From positions 1-35,224 of the forward strand of contig JBKJPI010000236.1 in the NCBI GenBank assembly GCA_046595235.1: DNA of 35,224 bases, given 5' to 3'. The notes beneath the pieces were generated by a model. That model was not told where the DNA came from. It saw only the letters and a list, made by a program, of their open reading frames with translations, and did not search any database. How positions within the stretch are numbered: position 1 is the stretch's first letter; every line of letters begins with the position of its first letter. Of the stretch, positions 10,380 through 18,429 are shown in pieces. The position numbers and the translations under genes are program-made. Origin of the DNA: Burkholderiales bacterium. GTDB taxonomy: Bacteria; Pseudomonadota; Gammaproteobacteria; Burkholderiales; SG8-41.

Positions 10380-11789
10380 TCAGCGCTCCGGTCTCGGCGG
10401 ATACTCGTCACCTGCAGGGAACACGACGCTTACCATCGTGCCCGTATCGGCGGCGGCCGGGGTCAGCTTCACGGTCGCGCTATGACTCTGGGCAATCTCC
10501 GTCACGATAGCGAGGCCCAGCCCACAGCCTTCGGCGCCGGTCCCGAGCACCCGATAGAATCGCTCGAAGACGCGCTCGCGTTCAGCTTGCGGTATACCGG
10601 GGCCGTTGTCTTCGACTGAAAGTCGCGGTTTTCCGGCCTCGCGGTTCACCCGCACCGTGACATGGCCGCCGCCCTGCGTGTAACGCACACCGTTGTCGAT
10701 CAGGTTGTTCAGCATTTCCCGAACGAGGAAAGGATCTCCGGTGACAGCAGCGGTGTCGGCGTCGCTGTCAAAACCCAGATCGACGTTGCGCTCGATCGCT
10801 CGCGGCACCCATTCCGCCGTGACCTCGCGGGCGAGTTGCACCAGATCAATCGGCTCAACGGTGTGCGCGCGTCCGGTGGCAGGCTCCGCGCGCGCAAGCG
10901 AAAGAAGCTGGTTTACAAGACGGGTCGCCTGCTGAGCAGCACTGTGAAGTTGCGTCAACGTTGCGTGCGCTTCACCGGCGGGCGCCTGCCTCAGCGCCAG
11001 CTCTGTCTGGGTCTTGAGTCCCGCGATCGGTGTACGAAGCTGGTGAGCCGCGTCAGCGATGAAGCGCTGCTCAGCAGCGAGCGCCAGGCTCAGGCGTTGG
11101 AGTAGCTCGTTCATTGCGCTGATGAGCGGTCGCACTTCCTGGGGTGTCTGCTCGAGCGGCAGCGCCGACAGATCGCGGTGTGACCGACTCTCGATTTCGC
11201 GGCGCAGCGCACCAAGCGGCGCGAGGCCGCGTCCGACGGCGTACCACAACATCAGCCCGGCGATAATGATGAGTAACGCCTGCGGCAGCACCATGCGCAA
11301 CAGGATCTGGCGTGCAAATTCGTTTCGTGAGGCGCGGTTCTCTGCGACTTGAACCATCACCATGCTTCCGGCCTTACCGGTTTCGAGCGGTAGACGCAGC
11401 GTGACGATCCGCACGGGCCGCCCCTGATACTGCTCGTCGTAATAATTTACGCGTTCTGAGAATGGGTCCGGGGGCGGAGGGAGGTCGGGCTCGCCTGTAA
11501 TGTATTCGTGAGTGGGGCCTGTCACGAGATAGTAGAGACGTCCCGACTCACGCGATTGCAGCATCTGTACGGCGACTTCGGGCAGGTCGACATAGATGCG
11601 ATCCTGCAGAACCTTCACCTGTCGGCCGATGTCGAGCGCGGATTCGAGCAGCACCCGGTCATACGCCAAGTTCACGAAGCGGTTGGCGATGTCATAATCG
11701 ATCACGCTGCTGACCGACCACAACGTGAGCAGCGGCCAGACTAGCCAGCGGAGCACCTGCCTGCGGAGCGTTTTCTGCCTGCGCGGCAT
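10380..11789 (-). CDS. Two-component sensor histidine kinase (TctE/QseC-like)
   Basis: Two TM segments, H-box FIADAAHQLRTPIAGL, and N, G1 and G2 boxes (NLIDNGVRYT, DNGPGIP, GLGLAIV). ATG 11789 is preceded by an AGGA RBS. The ORF opens at TTG 11804. Confidence 0.9.
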   Translation of the reverse strand: MPRRQKTLRRQVLRWLVWPLLTLWSVSSVIDYDIANRFVNLAYDRVLLESALDIGRQVKVLQDRIYVDLPEVAVQMLQSRESGRLYYLVTGPTHEYITGEPDLPPPPDPFSERVNYYDEQYQGRPVRIVTLRLPLETGKAGSMVMVQVAENRASRNEFARQILLRMVLPQALLIIIAGLMLWYAVGRGLAPLGALRREIESRSHRDLSALPLEQTPQEVRPLISAMNELLQRLSLALAAEQRFIADAAHQLRTPIAGLKTQTELALRQAPAGEAHATLTQLHSAAQQATRLVNQLLSLARAEPATGRAHTVEPIDLVQLAREVTAEWVPRAIERNVDLGFDSDADTAAVTGDPFLVREMLNNLIDNGVRYTQGGGHVTVRVNREAGKPRLSVEDNGPGIPQAERERVFERFYRVLGTGAEGCGLGLAIVTEIAQSHSATVKLTPAAADTGTMVSVVFPAGDEYPPRPER

Positions 11790-11800
11790 GTTAGTCCTGC

Positions 11801-12475
11801 TCAACCATTCGGATCTTTTTCGAGCAGATAACCAAGGCCACGAATCGTTCGGATGTTGACGCCCGCAGGCTCGAGCTTGCGCCGCAGACGATGCACGTAA
11901 ACCTCGATCGCATTCGGTCCCACTTCCTCGTCCCAGCCGTAGAGCTGCTCCGCGAGTTGCTCCTTGTTTACGACGCGGCCGGTTCTCATCATCAATACTT
12001 CGAGAACGCCGAGCTCGCGCGCTGAAAGCTCGAGGTTTTCCCCCGCTAAGGTCGCGCGCCGCCCTGCGGTGTCGACAACCAGCGCGCCGTGTGTGAGTGC
12101 GGAGGCACCGCCTGATTGGCCGCGCCTGATGAGAGCCCGGGCCCGCGCTTCGAGCTCGCGCAGATCGAAAGGCTTCACCATGTAATCGTCGGCACCGATG
12201 TCGAGACCTTTCACGCGATCGGTCAGCGAGTCGCGCGCCGTGAGCATCAGAACGGGCACCGCGGCCCCACGTCTGCGCAGTCTTCGCAACACTTCGAGCC
12301 CGTCCAGACCGGGCAGGCCGATGTCGAGTATCACGAGGTCATAGGGCTGCGCAGCAAGCACATGATCTGCTTCGGCGCCGCTGTTCACGCAGTCCACGGC
12401 GTAGTCCGCGCCGCGCAGCGATCGCGTCAGGCCGTCTGCGATAACAGGATCGTCTTCGACGATGAGAATGCGCAT
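11801..12475 (-). CDS. OmpR-family response regulator (TctD-like)
   Basis: MRILIVEDD receiver domain with phospho-acceptor Asp (LVILDIGLP) and a winged-helix C-terminus (IEVYVHRLRRK..RGLGY). Start ATG 12475 rather than the ORF-track 12520. Confidence 0.9.
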   Translation of the reverse strand: MRILIVEDDPVIADGLTRSLRGADYAVDCVNSGAEADHVLAAQPYDLVILDIGLPGLDGLEVLRRLRRRGAAVPVLMLTARDSLTDRVKGLDIGADDYMVKPFDLRELEARARALIRRGQSGGASALTHGALVVDTAGRRATLAGENLELSARELGVLEVLMMRTGRVVNKEQLAEQLYGWDEEVGPNAIEVYVHRLRRKLEPAGVNIRTIRGLGYLLEKDPNG

Positions 12476-12681
12476 TTGAAAGCCTGCCGTAGGCGGGGTA
12501 CGGCGCGAGTGTACACGCAAGGCTTATTGCGTAAGTTTCATGTAAGGCAGCGTTGATAACGTAGTCCATCAGTTCGGCACCAGCAGCGTTTGCCGACGTA
12601 GCACGTTCCGCTTTTCCTCCTCGGAGGCCGGGCAGTTGCAACCACCTGTGCTGAGCGGGTGGCTGTATGGCCTCTTTCAAT

Positions 12682-12723
12682 CCCGCCGGGACACCCCAAA
12701 GTGGCCCGAGCGGGGTTTTTTTT
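12682..12723 (+). terminator. Strong intrinsic terminator or attenuator with no upstream plus-strand CDS, about 80 nt upstream of pbpG
   Basis: CCCGCCGGG-A-CAC-CCCAAA-GTG-G-CCCG(A)GCGGG hairpin followed by eight T (12716-12723). Confidence 0.6.
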
Positions 12724-12803
12724 GTTTACAGCACGAGCTGCGTCCATCTGCTTACAAGTGAAAAACTGCTTGAAAAGACGGCTGTAACCCTGTATTTTTT
12801 CAT

Positions 12804-13805
12804 TTGAATTTGTCAATCGCGTCTGGCGGAGTTCTGTTGAAAAAGTTCCTTTTTGCCCTGATCGTGTGCTCATTCGCGGCCCCTGTCGCGGAAGCGGCCA
12901 AGGCACCGCGTAAAGGGAAGTCCGAGATTTCGAAGGCTTTACGCTCCAAGGCCACGGTGAACCCCCGTCGCGCGGCCAGGCCGCTCGTCCACCGGGAGAA
13001 AATCACCCGCATCGTGGCGGCCTCCCGCGCGTCGGACGATCCCACGCAGCTAGATGTGAAATCCACCGCGGCGCTGGTGATCGAACAGGGCGAAGGCCGG
13101 ATACTTTTCGCCAAGAATGTGGACACAATTCAGCCGATTGCATCGATTACAAAGCTGATGACCGCCATGGTCGTCCTCGATGCGGGGCTCGAGCTGCGCC
13201 AGGGCGTTGCCATCGCCGAGGACGACGTAGACCTTCTGAAGCACACTCGCTCCCGGCTCAAGGTGGGCACAGTGCTCGAGCGCACCGAGCTCCTGCGCCT
13301 TGCGCTCATGGCCTCGGAAAATCGCGCCGCGGCAGCGTTGGGCCGTGCGTATCCCGGAGGCATCCACGCTTTCGTCGCCGCGATGAACAAGAAGGCGATG
13401 GATCTCGGAATGATGCGCACGCGGTTTGTCGACAGCAGCGGTCTTTCGAGCGACAACGTCTCCACGGCGCAGGATCTGGCAAAAATGGTGGTCGCTGCGC
13501 ACCGCTACCCATTGATTCAGGAGTACACGACGCTTCCTGAGCATGTCGTGCGGACGAGCGAAGGCAGCGCGATGGCATTCCGGAACACGAACGGCCTCGT
13601 TAAGGACATCGCGTGGCACATCGACCTTTCAAAGACCGGTTACATCTCGGAAGCCGGGCGCTGTCTCGTCATGCAGGCACGTATCGGCACGAAGCCCGTG
13701 ATCATCGTCCTTCTCGACTCGTGGGGTCGGTACACCCGTATCGGGGATGCCAATCGCATCAAGAAATGGGTGGAAAGCGCGCACACACGCGTCGCGCCGG
13801 GCTGA
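12804..13805 (+). CDS. pbpG: D-alanyl-D-alanine endopeptidase / peptidase S11 (PBP7-like)
   Basis: Signal peptide, SxxK (SITK), SxN (SEN) and KTG (SKTGY) motifs. TTG 12804 or TTG 12837 are possible starts. Confidence 0.85.
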   Translation: MNLSIASGGVLLKKFLFALIVCSFAAPVAEAAKAPRKGKSEISKALRSKATVNPRRAARPLVHREKITRIVAASRASDDPTQLDVKSTAALVIEQGEGRILFAKNVDTIQPIASITKLMTAMVVLDAGLELRQGVAIAEDDVDLLKHTRSRLKVGTVLERTELLRLALMASENRAAAALGRAYPGGIHAFVAAMNKKAMDLGMMRTRFVDSSGLSSDNVSTAQDLAKMVVAAHRYPLIQEYTTLPEHVVRTSEGSAMAFRNTNGLVKDIAWHIDLSKTGYISEAGRCLVMQARIGTKPVIIVLLDSWGRYTRIGDANRIKKWVESAHTRVAPG

Positions 13806-13874
13806 AAAGCCGCGTTCTTGCGAATTTGTCGGCGCCGAACCGAGCGAATCAGCAGGGAGCCTTCCGGAAATGAA

Positions 13875-14849
13875 ATGTCACCGAGTGCGCCTTTCGAATA
13901 TTACGACCTGAAGCCGGCCGCCGCCTCGTTCCTCGAGGACGTGACTGCCGGATTTTCCGCGCCCCGGAAGGCGCTGCCGCCGAAGTACTTCTACGACGAT
14001 CGCGGGTCGGCCTTGTTCGAGGCGATCTGCAACCTGCCGGAGTACTACCCGACGCGAACCGAGCTCGCGATGCTGGAGACACACGCTTCGGAGATTGCTG
14101 CGCGCATCGGGGCATCCGCTTCAGTCGTCGAGTACGGCAGCGGATCGGGGCGCAAAACCGCAGTGCTCCTGCGCGCGGTGACGCCCGTCGCTTACGTGGC
14201 GATCGATATTTCGGGCGAGCAACTGCGAGCGTCGATCGCGAGCCTGGCCGCAGCGTTTCCCGGCGTGCGGATGATCGCGCTATGCGCCGACTACACGCGC
14301 CCTTTGCCGCTGGCGCGGCTCGAAAACATCGGAGCGCGGCGCCGCGTCATTTATTTCCCGGGCTCTACCATCGGTAATTTCACGGTGCCCGAAGCGCTCG
14401 CCTTCCTTCGCGGTGCACGCACCGTCGCAGGAGAGGAGGGCGCCATGCTCGTCGGCGTCGATTTGAAGAAAGACGTAGCCACCCTGCACGCCGCGTACAA
14501 CGATGCGGCGGGTATTACGGCCGCCTTCAACCTGAATGTGCTTGAACGGATCAATCGCGAGCTCGCAGCGGACATCGATATCGAATCGTTCAGGCATCGC
14601 GCACATTACGACGAGGCTGCCGGCCGCATCGAGATGCATCTCGAGAGCTTGCATGACCAAACGGTCACCGTGGGCGGGCGCGCTTTCGAGTTCCGGGCGG
14701 GTGAGAGCATACACACTGAAAGCTCGTACAAATACTCGGTTGCCGGGTTCCAGGAACTTGCGCGCGAAGCGGGCTTCGACGCCCGGCATTGCTGGGTGGA
14801 TGAAAACAACTTGTTTTCGATCCACTACCTGAAGGTCGCCGCGCCATGA
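13875..14849 (+). CDS. egtD: L-histidine N-alpha-methyltransferase (EgtD-like, Methyltransf_33)
   Basis: KYFYDDRGSALFEAICNLPEYYPTRTE, VEYGSGSGRKT and FFPGSTIGNF are hallmark EgtD segments. ATG 13875 is preferred over the ORF-track 13818. Confidence 0.85.
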   Translation: MSPSAPFEYYDLKPAAASFLEDVTAGFSAPRKALPPKYFYDDRGSALFEAICNLPEYYPTRTELAMLETHASEIAARIGASASVVEYGSGSGRKTAVLLRAVTPVAYVAIDISGEQLRASIASLAAAFPGVRMIALCADYTRPLPLARLENIGARRRVIYFPGSTIGNFTVPEALAFLRGARTVAGEEGAMLVGVDLKKDVATLHAAYNDAAGITAAFNLNVLERINRELAADIDIESFRHRAHYDEAAGRIEMHLESLHDQTVTVGGRAFEFRAGESIHTESSYKYSVAGFQELAREAGFDARHCWVDENNLFSIHYLKVAAP

Positions 14850-14859
14850 GAGGAGCCGA

Positions 14860-16032
14860 TTGACGGCTGTGTCGCCGCGAACGCGCATCTATCTCATTGT
14901 TCTGATGTGCACGCTCAGCCATTCAGGATTCGGCGGCAGCCGCATCGCAGTCTCGCTCTATGCGCTCAATCAGGGCGCAAGCCAGTTCACGATCGGCATT
15001 CTGATGGCGCTGTACGCGATCGTGCCGCTTTTCATGGCCGTTCACGTGGGGCGTATGGCGGACCGGATGGGGCCGCGTGTGCCGATGCTGATCGGCACAG
15101 GGGGTGTCGTCGTCGGGCTGCTCCTGCCAGCGCTCTTTCCCGGGATGCTTTCGCTCTATCTCGCGGCGCTCGTCCTCGGATCAACGTTTCACTTTTTCTT
15201 CATCACGGTACAGGGGATCGCCGGCGGTATCGGTGGCTCGGAAAACCGCGCACAGAACTTCGCACTCGTCGGTATGGGGTTCTCGGCCGCTGGCTTCATC
15301 GGGCCGTTCCTCGCCGGGGTCGCTATCGATCACCTTGGCCATACCGCGGCCTTTTTCGTCTTGTCCGCGTTTCCGGTTGTACCTTTTCTGATGCTTATGC
15401 TGAAGCCCGGCTTTCTCCCAAAGCCCAGGCAACATGCCACTGGCGGCGGCGCTCACACCGCGTTCGACCTCTGGCGGATACCCGGTCTTCGCAGAACCTT
15501 TATCGCAAGCGGCATCATCTCGTCCGCGTGGGATCTTTTTCAGTTCTACTTTCCCATCTATGGGCACTCGGTTGGAATGTCTGCGTCGGCGATAGGCGCG
15601 GTGCTCGGTGTCTTTGCACTGGCCACTTTCACGATCCGCATCGTGCTATCACCGCTCGCAAGGCGCTACAGTGAAGCGCAGATACTCACCTTTGGGATCT
15701 TCGTAGCGGCGGTGGCATTCGTGCTCTTCCCATTCTTCAAGGACGCGTACGTACTCGCTGCGATTGCATTCCTGCTCGGCTTGGGCGTTGGCTGCGGGCA
15801 GCCCATGTCGATGTCACTCATCTACGCACTGGCGCCCGTGGGTCGCGCCGCGGAATGTGCGGGTCTGCGCGTCACAGTGAATAATTTCATGCACCTGCTT
15901 ATTCCGCTTTTTTTCGGGAGCCTCGGCACAGCCTTCGGGTACATGCCCGTCTTCCTGTCCAACAGCGGGATGCTTGTTGCGGCGGGAGTGCTCATGCGAA
16001 AAGCCCGCATCTCGGGATCGGCCCGAACCTGA
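14860..16032 (+). CDS. MFS transporter
   Basis: About 12 predicted TM helices and a GRMADRMGPR loop motif. TTG start 5 nt after a GAGAGGAG RBS. Confidence 0.85.
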   Translation: MTAVSPRTRIYLIVLMCTLSHSGFGGSRIAVSLYALNQGASQFTIGILMALYAIVPLFMAVHVGRMADRMGPRVPMLIGTGGVVVGLLLPALFPGMLSLYLAALVLGSTFHFFFITVQGIAGGIGGSENRAQNFALVGMGFSAAGFIGPFLAGVAIDHLGHTAAFFVLSAFPVVPFLMLMLKPGFLPKPRQHATGGGAHTAFDLWRIPGLRRTFIASGIISSAWDLFQFYFPIYGHSVGMSASAIGAVLGVFALATFTIRIVLSPLARRYSEAQILTFGIFVAAVAFVLFPFFKDAYVLAAIAFLLGLGVGCGQPMSMSLIYALAPVGRAAECAGLRVTVNNFMHLLIPLFFGSLGTAFGYMPVFLSNSGMLVAAGVLMRKARISGSART

Positions 16033-16052
16033 AGCGACGCTAACTAAGTTCG

Positions 16053-16084
16053 AAAAAAAAGCGCCCACTAGGGGCGCTTTTTTA
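16053..16084. terminator. Bidirectional rho-independent terminator between the convergent MFS and lipoprotein genes
   Basis: A8, then GCGCCC-ACTAG-GGGCGC, then T7. Confidence 0.7.
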
Positions 16085-16117
16085 CATCGCGAAACGCTTG
16101 CGATGAAGAGGACGTGC

Positions 16118-16348
16118 CTAGTAGCGCTGCTCCTGTCGCTTACCAACCTCCGAGCCGATCACTCCACCCGCTACGGCTCCGCCCACAGTAGCGGCCGTGC
16201 TGCGACCGCTGATTGCGCTGCCTGCTACACCGCCGACAACAGCGCCAAGTCCAGCGCCCTGCGTTTGATTGGACAGCGGAATACTGTCACATGCAGAAAG
16301 AGTCGTGACCGCGCTCATCGCCAACACCATCACCATCAGCTTTTTCAT
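16118..16348 (-). CDS. Glycine-zipper (OsmB/Rick_17kDa-like) small lipoprotein
   Basis: Lipobox LSAC after the signal peptide. GxxxG-rich core GAGLGAVVGGVAGSAISG...GGAVAGGVIG. Confidence 0.8.
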   Translation of the reverse strand: MKKLMVMVLAMSAVTTLSACDSIPLSNQTQGAGLGAVVGGVAGSAISGRSTAATVGGAVAGGVIGSEVGKRQEQRY

Positions 16349-16459
16349 AACTCTTATCTCCTAGTTACAGTTGACGGAGCCTACCGCTACTCCGATGCTG
16401 CGCTGTTTCCAGCCTGAGGCGCCACCACCCGGCGGCGCCTCAGCCTTGCGAACGACTAG

Positions 16460-16912
16460 TTAGGCGTCTTTCTTCGCTTTACGTTCCTTCTTCGGCTCTG
16501 CTGACTCGCGCTCGGCCTTAGCCTGCTTCTTGGCCGTGTTGCGCGCGTTCTTCGCTTCTTTCTGGCAGCCTTCTTTTTCCTTGCCCTTCATCTCGTCGCA
16601 TTTCTCGCGCGCGACATTGTGTTCCATGTCGGCTTTGGCTGCTGCTACGTCGTAGCGGTTCTTGGGCGTGTCGTTCTGCTTGGCGGCGAGTTCAGCCTTG
16701 GCGACCTTCTCCTGACCCTTGGCTTCGGCCATGCAGATGTCTTTCGCATTGCTCTTCAGGTCTTTACATTTTTCGCGGGCGGCCTTCGATTCCTGATCGA
16801 TGCGCTGTTTTTCAGCCTTCACCTCGTCTTTCGCCATTCCATCTGCCGCGTAAAGCGGGGTCGCGAATGCCACTCCAAGCAGTACGGTCATAGCTGTCTT
16901 TGTTAATGTCAT
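16460..16912 (-). CDS. Secreted Lys/Glu-rich protein with two CX10C repeats (unknown function)
   Basis: Signal peptide (..ATPLYA/ADG). Repeats AREKCKDLKSNAKDICMAEAKG and AREKCDEMKGKEKEGCQKEAKN. GGGAGA RBS 7 nt upstream. Confidence 0.7.
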   Translation of the reverse strand: MTLTKTAMTVLLGVAFATPLYAADGMAKDEVKAEKQRIDQESKAAREKCKDLKSNAKDICMAEAKGQEKVAKAELAAKQNDTPKNRYDVAAAKADMEHNVAREKCDEMKGKEKEGCQKEAKNARNTAKKQAKAERESAEPKKERKAKKDA

Positions 16913-17078
16913 ATTTCATCTCCCATGAGTATTAAAGGTGTTCGCGGCACCTGCCGCAGCCGACACAATCTCGCAAATAGCAACTGCTGTACCTGCCAGC
17001 GCGGATTTCGCGGTGCCCCAGCAGCGTTATGCCGCTGAATCAACAACGTATGAAGGAAAGTGTGGTTGACCGCGGTTT

Positions 17079-18417
17079 CTAGCGAATGGTCAGTGTGAGG
17101 TTGAAATCGCCCCGCACCAGCGCCACGGTGTAACCCCGCTCGGCAGCGCGCAAAGCTCCGAAAAATTCGGCCATCGTGCGCACCCGGGTCCGGTTCACGG
17201 CATAAATGATATCGGCGGGCCGGAGCCCCGCCTGCCAGGCGCGGCTCCCTTCGTCGACCGTCGAGACGATGATGCCCTGGATGCGCTGATACAGTGGGCT
17301 CCCACGCTCGATTTCGACGACGCGCATGCCGGGAAGCTGCGGCACGTTCTGGCCATCGGTCCCGACCTGCGATTCTGACCTTGATCGTGCGGGACTCACC
17401 GCCGCGGGCGACACGTAACTCCACCTCCTCGCCGATAGCGGTGAGACCCAGCCTTGCGCGGAGCTCAGCAGCGCTCTGCACGGGTCGTCCGTTCATGGCG
17501 AGGACGATGTCGCGCTCCCGAAGGCCCGCCTTATCGGCGGCCGAGCCCGGCTGAACCGCCGTGATCACCACGCCATCGAGCGATGCGACACCGAGTTTCT
17601 TGGCGATCTGTGAGTTGAGGTCGAGCATCTCGATACCGAGGCGGCCCCGGCGGACTTCACCGAACTTCACGATCTGCGTGAGAATCGATCGTGCCATGTT
17701 GCCGGGCACGGCGAACCCGATGCCGACGTTCCCGCCCGCCGGACCAATGATCGCGGTGTTGATCCCGATGAGCTCGCCGCGCAGATTCACGAGCGCGCCG
17801 CCGGAGTTTCCCGGGTTGATCGAGGCGTCGGTCTGGATGAAGTCCTCATAGCCTTCCGGGGACAGGCCGCTGCGACCGAGCGCGCTGACGATACCGGATG
17901 TGACCGTCTGTCCGATGCCGAAAGGGTTTCCAATGGCAATCACATAGTCGCCGACACTGAGCTGGTCTGAGTCCCCGAAGCGCAACGCCGGTAGATCCTT
18001 GATGTCGACCTGCAGCACGGCGATGTCGGTGCCGGCGTCCGCGCCGACCACTTTCGCCGGGAATGAGCGACGGTCCTTCAGCGTAACAGTCACCTGCTCT
18101 GCGTCGCGAATGACATGGTGATTGGTCAGCACATACCCGCGCGCCGAATCGATGATGACACCGGAGCCGGCGGCCTGCTCGCGGCGTTGCGGCCGGTCGG
18201 GCACGTTGAAGAATCGCCGGAAGAACGGGTCGCGGAAAAGAGGGTTGTCTTCCATCGGTGAGCGCGTCACCACCGATATGTTCACGACCGCGGGGGTGAC
18301 CTGCGCCACGACGGGCGCGAGGCTCGGTAAGCCGCGGTTGTCCACCGGAACTGCGGCAGTTGCGGGCGCCGCGTAAACCGAGATGATTAAAACAAGCAGT
18401 CTTGCCAGCATGCGCAT
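17079..18417 (-). pseudogene. DegP/DegQ/MucD-type periplasmic serine protease with two PDZ domains, interrupted by a frameshift near 17355-17385
   Basis: Protease domain plus PDZ1 (catalytic HHV, D, GNSGGAL) is read in the frame starting at 18417 up to ..ESRTIKVRIA. PDZ2 and the C-terminus (VGTDGQNVPQLPGMRVVEIE...FNLTLTIR*) are in the frame ending at 17079. The total span is 1339 nt, not a multiple of 3. The 502-aa ORF tail after the junction is Arg/His-rich nonsense. Confidence 0.8.
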
Positions 18418-18429
18418 CGTCGCCTTCTC

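Noticed and set aside
12560-12680. Possible SRP (4.5S) or 6S RNA in the RR-pbpG intergenic region
   Set aside because: The minus-strand segment CCGAGGAGGAAAAGCGG only superficially resembles the SRP GGUCCGGAAGGAAGCAGCC motif. The terminator is on the opposite strand and the flanking helices do not match. It is kept only as an unclassified structured RNA candidate.
16909-17078. C-terminal tail of the 502-aa degP ORF, reaching and overlapping the Lys-rich protein gene
   Set aside because: It results from reading past the frameshift in the wrong frame. The genuine C-terminus (PDZ2) is in the other frame and stops at 17079.
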